Below, one piece after another: positions 8,552 to 19,527 of a stretch of DNA of 42,225 bases. Position 1 is the first letter of the stretch. Each line of letters begins with the position of its first letter. This DNA comes from a virus (taxonomy: Duplodnaviria > Caudoviricetes). Both the position numbers and the translations under genes were made by a program. The stretch is from IMG/VR virus record IMGVR_UViG_3300046495_000035, positions 1-42,225 of that record; one strand, given 5' to 3'. The notes beneath the pieces were generated by a model that made no database searches, was not told where the DNA came from, and was given only the letters and a program-made list of their open reading frames with translations.

Positions 8552-8860
8552 ATGTCGTACCCAATTCAAGGCTCAATCCGTTCCTCAATTCCTTCAATCG
8601 CGTCTAGCGCAACGGCTTTGGCACAGAATGAGGCGCGCTACGGTTTCGTTATCCAGAACCTCGGACAGAATCCGTTGTTCGTTCGTCTTGGCGCCTCAGC
8701 TTCAACGACGGTTTTCACCGTTGTCTTGAAGGGAGGTACGAGCAACGACGATGGAACGGGCGGTTCTTATACGATGCAAGGTGACGCGGTTTGGTGCGGT
8801 GAGGTCAGCGTTGCTGGAACCTCTCCTCGTTATTCTGCCACCGAAATCCAAGCCTCATAA
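8552..8860 (+). CDS. Small beta-sandwich virion protein
   Basis: RYGFVIQNLGQNPLFVRLG pattern, beta-rich. Confidence 0.65.
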   Translation: MSYPIQGSIRSSIPSIASSATALAQNEARYGFVIQNLGQNPLFVRLGASASTTVFTVVLKGGTSNDDGTGGSYTMQGDAVWCGEVSVAGTSPRYSATEIQAS

Positions 8861-8861
8861 T

Positions 8862-9353
8862 ATGGGACTCGAATCACCAGAATCCGTCCCGTTGCCAGAG
8901 AGCTACGTCAAAGCTCTTGAAGCGGCTCGGAACAATGTCTCTCTCCTCGAAGCTGAAGCCTCGCGTCTCACTCTTCTCCGCAAGGAGCAGGAACGTGAAC
9001 TCATCTCTCTCCAGACCAAACTTGCGAACGAAGGCGAATCCCTGAAGGCCGCGCAAGCTGAACTGGCTGTTGTGACTGACAAGCTCGCTGACGCGAAGCT
9101 CGACATCGCTTCTTCAATCTCGGCTCTCGACACCGCAAAGGCCATCAAAGCTCTCACGGATAAGGAAGTCGCGGGCGAAAAAACTTCCCTCGAAGTGATG
9201 AAGGCAGAAATCGCCAAGTCTCAGGAACAGTTGAACGCTCTCTCGGCTTCTCTCTTCGAAAAACAGAATCTCATGGCTTCCAAGGAAGCGGAACTCGCCG
9301 CGAAATCGGCTAGCATCGCTGAGCATGTGAAGTCGCTCTCCAAACTCGTATGA
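8862..9353 (+). CDS. Coiled-coil protein
   Basis: ATG 8862 (MGLESP…); A/L/K/E heptad-rich. Confidence 0.7.
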   Translation: MGLESPESVPLPESYVKALEAARNNVSLLEAEASRLTLLRKEQERELISLQTKLANEGESLKAAQAELAVVTDKLADAKLDIASSISALDTAKAIKALTDKEVAGEKTSLEVMKAEIAKSQEQLNALSASLFEKQNLMASKEAELAAKSASIAEHVKSLSKLV

Positions 9354-9688
9354 TGCTCAATCCTGGCGTAGCAGACAGCATTACAATCGGTGGTGGTCCC
9401 GTCTCTACGTCGGAGGTTTTGCCGACGGCTGTTTCCAACGACAAAGTCCTCATAGCCACAGCAGGAACCCGAGTTCAAATGCCAACTTTCTCCTGCAAGG
9501 CTGTAGTCATAAAATCCCTCCCAACGAACTCGGGTCTAATATATGTCGGCAATTCCACCGTTGCTTCGTCCAACGGTTTTATCCTTTCCGCCTCGGAGTC
9601 CGTCTCACTCGACATCGACAACACGAGCCACATCTGGCTCGACTGTTCGGTGAGCGGTGATGGCGTGACGTACATGGCGAACGTCTAG
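9350..9688 (+). CDS. Small beta-sandwich virion protein
   Basis: [21 protein letters not shown]…[12 protein letters not shown]; similar pattern to 8552..8860. Confidence 0.65.
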   Translation: MMLNPGVADSITIGGGPVSTSEVLPTAVSNDKVLIATAGTRVQMPTFSCKAVVIKSLPTNSGLIYVGNSTVASSNGFILSASESVSLDIDNTSHIWLDCSVSGDGVTYMANV

Positions 9689-9689
9689 T

Positions 9690-10427
9690 ATGGCCAGAAT
9701 CTTCGCAACTGGTGGGGGTGGTGGCGGAGGTGGGGCTGGAAGTACAGGCCCCACAGGTCCAACAGGCTACACAGGCCCTGCTGGTGCTGGTTCAACAGGC
9801 CCAACTGGATACACGGGACCCAACGGAACAGGTCCTACTGGTCCGACTGGCTATACTGGTCCAGGCAATTTCACAGGCTACACGGGATACACGGGCGCAA
9901 CTGGATTCACAGGCTTCACAGGCCCGCAGGGAAACCCTGGGGTCAACGGAGTCTCTGGCGCTCTCATCACGCCTTTTACCGCACAAACTACCGTCACCGT
10001 GACGCATAACTTCGGAGCCTATCCAGTCGTTCAGGTTATCGACAACACGGGTGCCGTCATCATTCCTCTCACCACCGTCAACAACTCGGTGAATGACTTT
10101 ACCGTCACCTTCGACGCCTCTACCTCTGGAAACATCATCGCCTCAATCGGAGGCGTCTCTACGGCTGTCACCACGAAGACAACGAACTACACCCTCCTGA
10201 CTACGGACAACCTTCTCCTCGCCAATGCCGCAATCACCATCACTCTGCCAACGGCCGTGGGAGCGCAGGGAAAGACATACACCGTGAAAAAGATAAACGC
10301 CGCAGGGAACGTGGTTGTGAATACGACTTCCTCGCAGACGATTGACGGCTCGCTCACGCAAGTCATCTCGTCGCAGTATTCGGCCATGACCGTGTTCTCC
10401 GACTCGGCTAACTGGTTCATCATCTAA
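9690..10427 (+). CDS. Collagen-like (Gly-X-Thr) fibre/surface protein
   Basis: GPT/GYT repeats, then [13 protein letters not shown] and [10 protein letters not shown]…YTVKK…TIDG domains. Confidence 0.8.
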   Translation: MARIFATGGGGGGGGAGSTGPTGPTGYTGPAGAGSTGPTGYTGPNGTGPTGPTGYTGPGNFTGYTGYTGATGFTGFTGPQGNPGVNGVSGALITPFTAQTTVTVTHNFGAYPVVQVIDNTGAVIIPLTTVNNSVNDFTVTFDASTSGNIIASIGGVSTAVTTKTTNYTLLTTDNLLLANAAITITLPTAVGAQGKTYTVKKINAAGNVVVNTTSSQTIDGSLTQVISSQYSAMTVFSDSANWFII

Positions 10428-10431
10428 CCAT

Positions 10432-11664
10432 ATGTCTTTCTTCAATTCCTTCACGCTTGCAGACTCCGCGAACCTCGACGCCTTCTCTCGCCTCCGTGTG
10501 GCAGAAAGCACCTCGCTCTTTACCGTGCAGAATCAGTACAACACCAGCTCCCTCAAGATAGAGAGTGGTAATACTGGCACGGGCGTTCTTCCAGCGCACA
10601 ACGCGAACACTCGCATGGTGGCTCTTTCCGCTACCGCAGGTTCTGGCACGTCGTTCATTCAGTCCTACAATTATTTCCCGTACTTTCCTGGGAAATCCCA
10701 GCTCATCAAGCTCACGGGTGTCCTCGGAACAGGCGTCGCTGGAGCGGTTGTAGACGCTGGATACTTTGACCTTGAGAACGGCATCTTCCTACGACAAAAT
10801 GGAGCTTCAGGCTTGCAGGTTGTTCGTCGCTCAAAGACCTCTGGTTCTGTTGTTGATGATGTTATCTCACAGGCAAGCTGGAACCTCGACAAGATGGACG
10901 GCACAGGTGCGTCAGGCGTGAACCTCAACGAAGCCAACGCCTTCATTCTCATCATTGACCTTCAGTTCCTCGGCATGGGTCGTGTCCGCATCGGTTTCGA
11001 TGTCGGTGGAGTTATCTACTACTGCCACCAGTTCCTGAACGCTAACGTCCTCACCGTCCCGTACATGCAGACCGCGTGCCTCCCGATTCAAATGCTTCTC
11101 ACCGCCACAACCACGGGTGGAGCGAAGACTTCCTATTTCAAATGCGCCTCGGTGGACTCCGAAGGTGGCACGTCCCTCATGTCTGGGTATCCATTCTCCA
11201 CTCCATCAGCGTCAGTCACGGCAGGAAACGGCACCCGTACTCATATCCTCTCCATTCGTCCAAAGACCACCTATAACTCCCTCACCAACCGAATGCAGAT
11301 TGACATGGACTCGTTCTCCTTAGTGGTGACGGGCTCTAACCCAGTATTTTTTGAACTCGTTGTCGGAGCCGCGTTCACCGTCGCTCCTACTTGGGCAGAT
11401 ATCAATACCACCCATTCTGGCACGGAGTATGGGACAGGCGGGACGTTCAGCAATCTTACGAATGGCGTAGTCATCGCCTCTGGCTATGTGCCTTCCACCG
11501 CAGGTACGAAGGGTTCGACTATCTCGCAACTCCTCGACTTGTATCCGATTACCCTCGACCGCGCTGGCGCACAGCGAGCCATGGGAACTCTCTCTTTGCT
11601 CGTCACAGGACTCGGTGGGACATCAGCTACGCAAGCGAGCATGAGCATCATTGAAGTCCGCTAG
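10432..11664 (+). CDS. Virion structural protein, probable lectin/jelly-roll fold
   Basis: DAFSRLRV, YFPGKSQL, QASWNLDKMDGTGASG, IDLQFLGMGRVRIGF…YCHQF; beta-rich. Confidence 0.7.
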   Translation: MSFFNSFTLADSANLDAFSRLRVAESTSLFTVQNQYNTSSLKIESGNTGTGVLPAHNANTRMVALSATAGSGTSFIQSYNYFPYFPGKSQLIKLTGVLGTGVAGAVVDAGYFDLENGIFLRQNGASGLQVVRRSKTSGSVVDDVISQASWNLDKMDGTGASGVNLNEANAFILIIDLQFLGMGRVRIGFDVGGVIYYCHQFLNANVLTVPYMQTACLPIQMLLTATTTGGAKTSYFKCASVDSEGGTSLMSGYPFSTPSASVTAGNGTRTHILSIRPKTTYNSLTNRMQIDMDSFSLVVTGSNPVFFELVVGAAFTVAPTWADINTTHSGTEYGTGGTFSNLTNGVVIASGYVPSTAGTKGSTISQLLDLYPITLDRAGAQRAMGTLSLLVTGLGGTSATQASMSIIEVR

Positions 11665-11665
11665 T

Positions 11666-12337
11666 ATGAAAATCCAGAAACCCACAATCACGGACCTGAC
11701 AAACATGAATCACGACCACACCTCGATTGCTCAAGGTGGTGTGATTTCATCTGGCACGGGTCCGACTGGATACACGGGCTACACAGGTCCTGGTGGGACT
11801 GGAGCCACAGGTCCTACTGGATATACTGGCCCGTCTGGTATCAACGGACAGATTGTCCTCACAGCCGCAGGTGCATGGATGCCAGTCACATCTCCTGCTT
11901 CCGCTATCTCGCAGGTTGAATCAACCACCAATAAGGTCAACTACTTCGTCGTGGACTTCCTCCAATCCGTGAAGACCTACTGTGAATGGGGACTCGCGCT
12001 TCCTTCCAACTACAACGGCGGGACAATCACCGCGACGTTTGAATGGACTGCTGTATCAGCTTCCACTAACTCGGTTGTGTGGGGGCTTGCTGGCGTGGCT
12101 TACGGAGATAACGCCGCGATTGACGCCGCCTACGGAACAGCTATCGAAGTCACGGATGCCAACAACGCCACAGGTGTTGTGAACATCTCTGGCGCTACTG
12201 CGAACATCACCATCGCTGGAACTCCTACCGCAGGTCAGTACGTCCAGTTCCGTGCATATCGCCTCGGTTCAGGAGCAGATAACCTTGCCGCAACCGCTCG
12301 CCTTCTCGCTGTTCGCATCGCTTACACACCGACCTAA
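11666..12337 (+). CDS. Collagen-like short-repeat protein with beta-sandwich head
   Basis: [11 protein letters not shown] repeats, then a LPSNYNGGTITATFEW domain. Confidence 0.75.
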   Translation: MKIQKPTITDLTNMNHDHTSIAQGGVISSGTGPTGYTGYTGPGGTGATGPTGYTGPSGINGQIVLTAAGAWMPVTSPASAISQVESTTNKVNYFVVDFLQSVKTYCEWGLALPSNYNGGTITATFEWTAVSASTNSVVWGLAGVAYGDNAAIDAAYGTAIEVTDANNATGVVNISGATANITIAGTPTAGQYVQFRAYRLGSGADNLAATARLLAVRIAYTPT

Positions 12338-12345
12338 CCTAGTCT

Positions 12346-14838
12346 ATGGCGAAGTATTGGGTTGGTGGTACAGGAAATTGGAATGACCCGACAAACCATT
12401 GGGCAACAACCGATGGTGGTCTTCCAGGTGCAGGGAACATTCCTACGGCGACCGATGATGTTCATTTCACCGCCCTCTCAAACGCTACGGCTTACACCTG
12501 TACCATCAACGCCACGGCTGTTTGCCTTTCTTTTCTTGTTGACGCAAACCCTCTGACTTCAGGCGTGCCTACCCTTGCAGGTTCTTCTGGCCTAACCATC
12601 TCCGGCAACCTCTCTTTGCTTTCGGGAATGACGAACAACTACACAGGAGGTATCACCTTCAACGCCACATCGGGAACGAAGACCATCGCCTCCAATACCG
12701 TGAAGGTGAAGAGCACTTCCATCACTCTGAACGGAGCAGGTGGAACTTTCCAACTCTCAGATACCCTGAACTGGGCAACAGGAACAAACGTCGTTATCGC
12801 AAACACCGCTGGAACTTTCTCCCACAACAACCAGCTCGTGAAGCTCGACGGTGGTCTGCTTACCGTTCAAGGAAATACGCTCACCTTCTACGACCTCACT
12901 ATCATTGGTGTTGATTCCACGAGCGGTCTTGCCGCAACAACTGGTCCTACGATTGCCAATACGCTCACCGTTACAGGGGCGAACACACGCGACCGAGCTA
13001 TTGTGAAGGGGGGCTCATCTGGTTCTACCATCACAGCAAACACCGTCTCTCTCACCGATGTTGATTTTCAGGACATTACAGGAGCAGGAACGGCGTCTCC
13101 TTTCACAGGAACTCACGTTGGAGATTGTGGAGGAAATGTATCGGTAACCTGCGACACGCCGAAAACTGTGTACGGAGTAGGAAATGCCGCAATCTCTCTC
13201 ACATCAGGAACTCCTTTTGCTCAAACATCTGGTGGGGCTGGCTCTTTGACCTGGCACCCACTTCCTCAGGACACGGTAGTTTTTGATAATTCGACATGGG
13301 CAGATAACACCGCCCGTGTGGTTACCTTCAATTTCAGGAATTGTCCTGGAGTTGATTTTTCAACACTCACCAGAACAGCAAAAACTTTTACCGTTGCTGG
13401 AGCCACGTCTGTTTTCAACGGACCTACTTATAGGTTCGCATCAGTAGTGGGCTTCACGACTGGCGTCGCCCTCACCTTCAAGAGCAACACGACGCAAAAC
13501 ATCACCATGGCTGGTATCCAATGGGCGACGGGTGGCGGAATCGCTGTTGGAGTAGCCACACAAAAACCGAACATTGGAACACTAAAACTTCTCGACGCCC
13601 TCGTCATGGGAGGAACCCTGACGGCTGGGAATATCCAGCTCAACTCAGGAACATTCGATGCCAACAACCAAAACATCACGATGACGAGGTTCGCGTCTAC
13701 GACATCGACGACCAGAACCATCAAGATGGGTTCTGGGACGTGGACGATAACAGACAGCAACACGACCGTCTGGTCGATGGCAACAGAAACTGGTCTCACG
13801 ATTATCAACGATGATGGCGCTGGAAATCTATCAACTGTTGACTTCACCTACTCTGGCTCAACAGGAACGCGAACTTTTTCTAAGTTGAATGGCTCTACTC
13901 AGTATCTCGGAATAGTGAAGGTTTCAGCGGGAACGGATACTTTTGCAATGGCTGATTGCCTCTGCGTTGATTTCATCTGGACTGGTTTCGGCGGCACCTG
14001 GACTGGAACGAATAATATGACGTTCCAGAGAAACCTCACGCTCGCATCAGGAATAACGCAATCATTTTCTGGCTCCTTGACGTGTTCTGGAGCATACGCG
14101 ACGGCGACTCTCACCTCCTCAGCGAAGACTTTTTCTGGGCTTCTCTCCATTACCAAGACATCGGGTACTTTTACTTTCTCTGGAGACTTCACCACAACGA
14201 GTGCATCAGGAATTACCTATACTGGCTCAGGTACTTTCAACGATGGGGGAGTGAACGTAACCGTGGGAGTTTTTTCCTGTAACACAACCAACACCCGAAC
14301 CGTTACCTTGGGAGCTGGAACGTGGACGCTCACAACAACGGGAGCGCTCTGGACGCTGAATACTACGAACCTCACCCTTACCCATGCTGGAACCATCAAG
14401 ATAAATAACGCCACTTCTTCCAGCAAAACATTTACTGGGTCTGGTCTTACTTATAATAATATCTGGTTCTCTGGTGCTGGGACTGGCGCACTCATCATCG
14501 CCTCCTCCAATACCTTCAATAACTTCAAGGTAGATACCGCTCCAAAAACAGTTACCTTCACAGCAGGGACAACGCAGACAATCCGCTCGCTCACGGCTGT
14601 TGGGACTGCTGGGAACCTCATCACGTTCGGAAGCTCGACCACATCAGCGTATACTATAAGTGCAGTTTCAGGTCTTATCTCTGGAGATTTCATGTCCGTT
14701 TCGTACATGACTGGTTCTGGTGGAGCGCGATTCTTCGTCGGGGCAAACTCAACAAACGGCGGTAATAATAAAAACATTCGGTACTGTACTTCCTCCTATC
14801 GGCGGGGTGCTGTCATCGGTAACGGAACTGTCATATGA
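12346..14838 (+). CDS. Large beta-helix adhesin-like fibre/spike protein
   Basis: 830 aa, T/G/S-rich; starts YWVGGTGNWND…HWA…IPTATDDVHF; internal repeats (MGSGTWTIT, LGAGTWTLT). Confidence 0.75.
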   Translation: MAKYWVGGTGNWNDPTNHWATTDGGLPGAGNIPTATDDVHFTALSNATAYTCTINATAVCLSFLVDANPLTSGVPTLAGSSGLTISGNLSLLSGMTNNYTGGITFNATSGTKTIASNTVKVKSTSITLNGAGGTFQLSDTLNWATGTNVVIANTAGTFSHNNQLVKLDGGLLTVQGNTLTFYDLTIIGVDSTSGLAATTGPTIANTLTVTGANTRDRAIVKGGSSGSTITANTVSLTDVDFQDITGAGTASPFTGTHVGDCGGNVSVTCDTPKTVYGVGNAAISLTSGTPFAQTSGGAGSLTWHPLPQDTVVFDNSTWADNTARVVTFNFRNCPGVDFSTLTRTAKTFTVAGATSVFNGPTYRFASVVGFTTGVALTFKSNTTQNITMAGIQWATGGGIAVGVATQKPNIGTLKLLDALVMGGTLTAGNIQLNSGTFDANNQNITMTRFASTTSTTRTIKMGSGTWTITDSNTTVWSMATETGLTIINDDGAGNLSTVDFTYSGSTGTRTFSKLNGSTQYLGIVKVSAGTDTFAMADCLCVDFIWTGFGGTWTGTNNMTFQRNLTLASGITQSFSGSLTCSGAYATATLTSSAKTFSGLLSITKTSGTFTFSGDFTTTSASGITYTGSGTFNDGGVNVTVGVFSCNTTNTRTVTLGAGTWTLTTTGALWTLNTTNLTLTHAGTIKINNATSSSKTFTGSGLTYNNIWFSGAGTGALIIASSNTFNNFKVDTAPKTVTFTAGTTQTIRSLTAVGTAGNLITFGSSTTSAYTISAVSGLISGDFMSVSYMTGSGGARFFVGANSTNGGNNKNIRYCTSSYRRGAVIGNGTVI

Positions 14839-15068
14839 AGATGTCGCTCGAACAAAAACTCGATGACCATATCCACACGGAAGAAAAAAACCTCGAGGAT
14901 ATTCAGGGTGACGTAAAGCTCATTATGACGAATCACCTCGCTCACGTTCAGGAATCCCTCAATCACCAAATGATTCTCATCACCAAGCTCGACGAGCGTG
15001 TGAAACTCGTCCTGTGGATTCTCGGAGTCCTTGGCTCCCTAATCATCGTTGAATACTTCAAGAAATAA
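14835..15068 (+). CDS. Coiled-coil plus C-terminal TM protein (XhlA-like lysis accessory/holin candidate)
   Basis: TNHLAH motif; C-terminal LVLWILGVLGSLIIV. Confidence 0.6.
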   Translation: MKMSLEQKLDDHIHTEEKNLEDIQGDVKLIMTNHLAHVQESLNHQMILITKLDERVKLVLWILGVLGSLIIVEYFKK

Positions 15069-15071
15069 CCT

Positions 15072-15239
15072 ATGACCATCGTGAAGTGCGACAAATGTGA
15101 AATGGAACTTTCTGGCGGTGAGAACGGCAAAGCGGTTATTCCAGCGACAGCAGACCTCGGCCAGCAGTCGTTCGACCTTTGCTCTGGGTGCCGTTCTTCC
15201 CTCATCGTTTACCTCGAAACTAAGGTGACCATGCCGTAA
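15072..15239 (+). CDS. 55-aa Zn-ribbon microprotein (absent from ORF track)
   Basis: MTIVKCDKC…FDLCSGC…; exactly fills the gap between neighbours. Confidence 0.7.
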   Translation: MTIVKCDKCEMELSGGENGKAVIPATADLGQQSFDLCSGCRSSLIVYLETKVTMP

Positions 15240-15240
15240 T

Positions 15241-15477
15241 ATGTCTACCACCAAGAAGGAACTTCTCGTTACTACGCTTCACACGTTAGAGGTCGTAATC
15301 TGCTTCGTTCTTGCCTTCGTGATTCTCAAGTGGGCTGGCATGGAATCAAATGCGAAGGAACTTATCGGTGGTACGGCTCTCGTGTTCATCGCCAAACTCA
15401 TGCGTGAAATCCCTGCCATCCCTGTGAATGATTGGGTGAACACCCCTTTTCTCTCGAAGCCGAAACCAAAGGTCTAA
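15241..15477 (+). CDS. Putative holin (2 TM)
   Basis: Two hydrophobic segments and a basic C-terminus, just before the endolysin. Confidence 0.6.
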   Translation: MSTTKKELLVTTLHTLEVVICFVLAFVILKWAGMESNAKELIGGTALVFIAKLMREIPAIPVNDWVNTPFLSKPKPKV

Positions 15478-15540
15478 CCTACCGCGCTCCTCTCAATCAA
15501 CGCCAGCGACGTTTATTACAAAGGGGAACGCGAAGACGAT

Positions 15541-16206
15541 ATGAACATATTGAATTGTCCGACTTTCAACCAAGGGGACAAGTCTTGGGGAGACATGGTT
15601 ATGCTACCAGGGGACAAAAACCTTCGAGGTTTTGGCTGCATCGTAAGTTGCGTAGCGTCCATGCTTCACCAATTTGGCTATATCGCAGAAACTCCAGCGA
15701 CGGTTTGCCAGAAGCTCGTGACGGCAGGTGGATTCCTGAAAAGCTCGGACATGATTCTCCCGAAGGTTAGTGAGATTTGGGGCAACGTCGCATACCTTGC
15801 TTCTGAAGACACGACTGCGAATTCCAACCCAGACGCAAATCCAGTTCAGGTAACGACCGCGATTGAGCGCATCAAGAAACTCGCACGCCGTGGTATCCCT
15901 GTTATTCTCCACGTCGATAACGTCGCTCACGACGGTATTGCTGACCACTTTGTACTCTGTGTGGATGACCAGCTCACGGTGATGAACCCTGACGGTGGGA
16001 CGTTCCATGCTTTCGAGATGAAGTACGGTGACCCGAAAGTTGGCATCAAGGGATACCGAGTGTTCGCTGGGGCGCCAATGTCTTTCCTCGACGGAGTGAC
16101 CAAGGACCAAGAAGACATCGGCGTCACTATCGGGAAGCTCGCCGTAGCGAAGAAGCAGGTTTCAAACCTCATGGTCAAAGAAGCCTTAGAAGGTCTAACC
16201 CGTTAG
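15541..16206 (+). CDS. Endolysin candidate, peptidase C39-like (papain fold)
   Basis: FNQGDKSW…GCIVSCVASM (Cys), HFVL (His), MNPDGG. Confidence 0.75.
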   Translation: MNILNCPTFNQGDKSWGDMVMLPGDKNLRGFGCIVSCVASMLHQFGYIAETPATVCQKLVTAGGFLKSSDMILPKVSEIWGNVAYLASEDTTANSNPDANPVQVTTAIERIKKLARRGIPVILHVDNVAHDGIADHFVLCVDDQLTVMNPDGGTFHAFEMKYGDPKVGIKGYRVFAGAPMSFLDGVTKDQEDIGVTIGKLAVAKKQVSNLMVKEALEGLTR

Positions 16207-16209
16207 CCT

Positions 16210-17745
16210 ATGTCCTGGTTCCTCGCCCGTGCCAACAACCAGAACCCAGATGCCATCAAAGTTGGCGCAGGTCTTTCTGTTGACTCAGCCAACGCGCTGA
16301 ACTCCGTTGGATACACGGGGAGTACAGGACCAACGGGATATACGGGGTATACAGGACCAGCAGTCACAGGCCCAACGGGTTATACGGGACCTGGAAACTT
16401 CACAGGATATACAGGACCGACTGGACCGACGGGCTGGACTGGTAGCCTCGGGCCTACTGGGCCCACAGGCTTTACTGGCTTTACTGGCCCGCTCGGTCCT
16501 ACTGGTTCAACTGGACCGCAGGGAACTATTGGACCTACAGGATTCACAGGCTATACAGGACAGCTCGGACCTACTGGGGCTACGGGATTTACAGGATACA
16601 CGGGTGCAGGGAACTTCACGGGGTTCACAGGCTTCACAGGGTTCACGGGACCGACAGGGTACACAGGTCAAGCAGGAGCAAATGGAGCGACTGGTCCTAC
16701 TGGCTATACAGGCTCTACTGGATTTACTGGACCTCAAGGAGCCACGGGAGCCACAGGCTTTACTGGACCCATGGGAGCAACAGGGTTTACGGGTTACACA
16801 GGGCAACAAGGCGCTACGGGATACACGGGTCCAATGGGAGAGACTGGACCTATCGGACCAACTGGTCCAACTGGTCCGATTGGAGAAACTGGGCCTCAAG
16901 GAAACGTCGGACCTACTGGGGCAGGAAACTTCACAGGACCTACTGGATATACGGGACCTCAAGGCGACATCGGCTCAACTGGACCCCTTGGTCCTACTGG
17001 CTACACGGGAGCTGGAGAAACTGGTCCGACTGGTCCGCAAGGTTCTACTGGTCCTACGGGATATACAGGTGATACTGGTCCAACAGGCGCTGGTAACTTT
17101 ACGGGCTATACAGGTCCAACAGGCTACACGGGATTCAACGGAGCTAACGGAGCTACTGGACCAACAGGATTTACTGGTCCAAATGGCTCTGAAGGGGCGA
17201 CAGGCCCAACAGGTTATACTGGTCCTAGCGGTTCCAATGGGGCTACTGGCCCGACAGGTTATACGGGACCAACAGGAGTTGGGTCCACGGGGCCGACAGG
17301 ATATACAGGATTCACGGGACCAAGCGGGATAACTTCAAAGATTTATCTCGGAAGTTTTACGCGCGTTCTCGACGCTGCCTCTGGAGACGTCAGTTATACT
17401 GGCGTTGGATTCAAGCCGAAGCTCATCATCCTATCAACTACGGTGAACTCTGGTTCTACAGGAAGAATTATCTCATCAACTGGTCATGCTCTCGACGGTG
17501 GGAATATCGGCTGTATCTGGGAGAAGGAAATCGTCACACACAATTCACCTGGCACAACATCGGCTGGAGGAGCTAGCACCACTCTCATTCTCCGAATGGA
17601 GGACAAGGCGGGAACAGGTGGAACCATTGGGCAAGATGCTGTCGTGAAGACATACGATGCCGATGGGTTTACACTTACCTGGACGTTGAATGGTACGCCG
17701 ACCGCTTCAATCACGGCGACCGTAATCTTCCAATGCTATGGGTAA
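16210..17745 (+). CDS. Long collagen-like Gly-X-Thr protein with globular C-terminal domain
   Basis: ~340 aa of [12 protein letters not shown] triplets, then [12 protein letters not shown]…DADGFTLTW. Confidence 0.9.
   Translation: MSWFLARANNQNPDAIKVGAGLSVDSANALNSVGYTGSTGPTGYTGYTGPAVTGPTGYTGPGNFTGYTGPTGPTGWTGSLGPTGPTGFTGFTGPLGPTGSTGPQGTIGPTGFTGYTGQLGPTGATGFTGYTGAGNFTGFTGFTGFTGPTGYTGQAGANGATGPTGYTGSTGFTGPQGATGATGFTGPMGATGFTGYTGQQGATGYTGPMGETGPIGPTGPTGPIGETGPQGNVGPTGAGNFTGPTGYTGPQGDIGSTGPLGPTGYTGAGETGPTGPQGSTGPTGYTGDTGPTGAGNFTGYTGPTGYTGFNGANGATGPTGFTGPNGSEGATGPTGYTGPSGSNGATGPTGYTGPTGVGSTGPTGYTGFTGPSGITSKIYLGSFTRVLDAASGDVSYTGVGFKPKLIILSTTVNSGSTGRIISSTGHALDGGNIGCIWEKEIVTHNSPGTTSAGGASTTLILRMEDKAGTGGTIGQDAVVKTYDADGFTLTWTLNGTPTASITATVIFQCYG
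16308..17330 (+). repeat. Degenerate 9-bp GGN-NNN-ACN triplet repeat array
   Basis: Encodes the Gly-X-Thr repeats, with periodic G(A/P)GNFT interruptions. Confidence 0.9.
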
Positions 17746-19522
17746 ACCCTCGTTCAGTTTTGTGATGATTGCTCGTAACGAAGCCAAGACGCTTCCGCGC
17801 CTCCTATCCTCTCTCTCCGAGTTCAAAGCTCGCGGAGGAACTACGGTTGTCGTGGACACAGGGTCAACTGACAATACCGCACAGATAGCGAGGGACTGGG
17901 GTTGTATCGTCGAGGAAGTCGGAGAGCGTTTCCTTCTCACGGTATCCGAGGAAGAGGCGAAGGCAATCAACGAACGGTTCTGCGTCGAAGGCGATGAGCC
18001 TGTTATCAAAGCTGGTGACAGGCAGTTTGATTTTGCATCCGCTAGGAACTATGCGAACTCTCTCTCACCGACGAATCTCTGTTGGTCGCCTGACCCGGAC
18101 GAAGTCTTCACCAGGCTCGACCTCGATGCTGTGGAGAAGGCGATTGCTGACGGAGCCGATGCCCTAGAGTACGAGTTCATCTTTTCGCATGACGCCCAAG
18201 GTCTTCCTCTCATCCGCTTCCGCCATTCCAAGATGTTCGACCGTACGAAGTTTTCTTGGTCAAATATCGTGCATGAGATTTTGAGCGGAGAGGGTAAGCG
18301 GGCCTACCTCCCAGAGTCATCTGTCCTTCTTGAGCATTTTCAAAACCATGAGACAAACCGCTCCGGGTATCTTCGAGGATTAGCAATCGACTGTTTCAAT
18401 AATCCAGATAAAGACCGACAGAGCCACTACTTCGCCCGCGAGTGCATGTACACTGGGCGTTTCCATTCCGCTATCAAGGAGTTCACCAACCACATGGCCA
18501 TGAATCGTTGGCCAGCGGAACGCTCGCAGTCAGCAATCTTCATCGGTGACTGCTACATGTCTCTCGGCCAAGAGGAAACCGCTGTTAGGTTTTGGCATCT
18601 CGCCATCCAAGTGAACTCCGAACGCCGTGAGCCGTGGCTCAAGCTCGCTGAACACTACTACCGCAAGGGTGATGCTCTCCGAACTGCCGCCTACTGCGAA
18701 GCCTCACTCGTTATTCCTCAATCAGGATTCTATGCCGACAAAGCCGAACACTACCGCCACGTCCCTCATGAATGGTTGTATTGGGCAGATTTTCGCCTCG
18801 GGAATATCGAAAAAGCTAAAGAGCATTTTGATAAAGCTCTTGCGTTCCTACCTCTCAACTCCAAGTACCTCCACGACTACCGATTCTTCCACGAACTCCC
18901 ATCAGTATCTTTCATCGTGCCTACCTTGGGTCGTCCCGAAGGACTCCAGCGATGTCTCGACTCCATCAAAGCCCTCAACTACCCGCAAGAACTCATCGAC
19001 GTCTGCGTCCTCGACGAAGCCGAACCGACTGTCCCGCAAAAAGTTGCCAAAGGCGTCGAGCAAACGAAAGGCGAATGGAAAGTCTACGCCGCGAATGACA
19101 CGGAGTTCACCCCGGACTCCTTGATGATTGCCTATCTCTCTTCCATCGAGAATCAGGCGGGCCTAATCGCGTTCCATTCCGAGGAGCTTCTTCCGGACCG
19201 TGGAAATGCTTACGCCCACTTCATGATTCGCCGTGACCTGCTTCCTTCATTGGAAGACGGGCAGATTTTCTCAACCCGCTATACCCATGTTGGTTGTGAC
19301 AACTGGCTTTCCGCGCAATGCGAGAAACTCGGCGTAGCCCACCACGAAGAGAAAGCCATCATCAAACACAACCATTTCTCCCATGGAGCAGAGTGGGATT
19401 GGGTGTATGAGCGGGGTTGGTCCCACGCAGAGGAAGATAGGGCTACTCTCAAGAAAGACCTCGAAAGATTGAAGGCAAGTGATTGTTGGCCAAGCGACTC
19501 TTGGCCAGATGTAGTAAAATAA
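17738..19522 (+). CDS. Glycosyltransferase: GT2 domain, TPR repeats, second GT-A-like domain
   Basis: [27 protein letters not shown] and DxD motif DPDE. TPR helices (YYFARE-like, RREPWLKLA). C-terminal [17 protein letters not shown]…AAND…CDNWL. Confidence 0.9.
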   Translation: MGKPSFSFVMIARNEAKTLPRLLSSLSEFKARGGTTVVVDTGSTDNTAQIARDWGCIVEEVGERFLLTVSEEEAKAINERFCVEGDEPVIKAGDRQFDFASARNYANSLSPTNLCWSPDPDEVFTRLDLDAVEKAIADGADALEYEFIFSHDAQGLPLIRFRHSKMFDRTKFSWSNIVHEILSGEGKRAYLPESSVLLEHFQNHETNRSGYLRGLAIDCFNNPDKDRQSHYFARECMYTGRFHSAIKEFTNHMAMNRWPAERSQSAIFIGDCYMSLGQEETAVRFWHLAIQVNSERREPWLKLAEHYYRKGDALRTAAYCEASLVIPQSGFYADKAEHYRHVPHEWLYWADFRLGNIEKAKEHFDKALAFLPLNSKYLHDYRFFHELPSVSFIVPTLGRPEGLQRCLDSIKALNYPQELIDVCVLDEAEPTVPQKVAKGVEQTKGEWKVYAANDTEFTPDSLMIAYLSSIENQAGLIAFHSEELLPDRGNAYAHFMIRRDLLPSLEDGQIFSTRYTHVGCDNWLSAQCEKLGVAHHEEKAIIKHNHFSHGAEWDWVYERGWSHAEEDRATLKKDLERLKASDCWPSDSWPDVVK

Positions 19523-19527
19523 AGGAT

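Noticed and set aside
16307-17332. 341-aa alternate-frame ORF (QDLQD/LVLLA repeats)
   Set aside because: Shadow of the GGN-NNN-ACN collagen repeat, which rarely creates stops in that frame.
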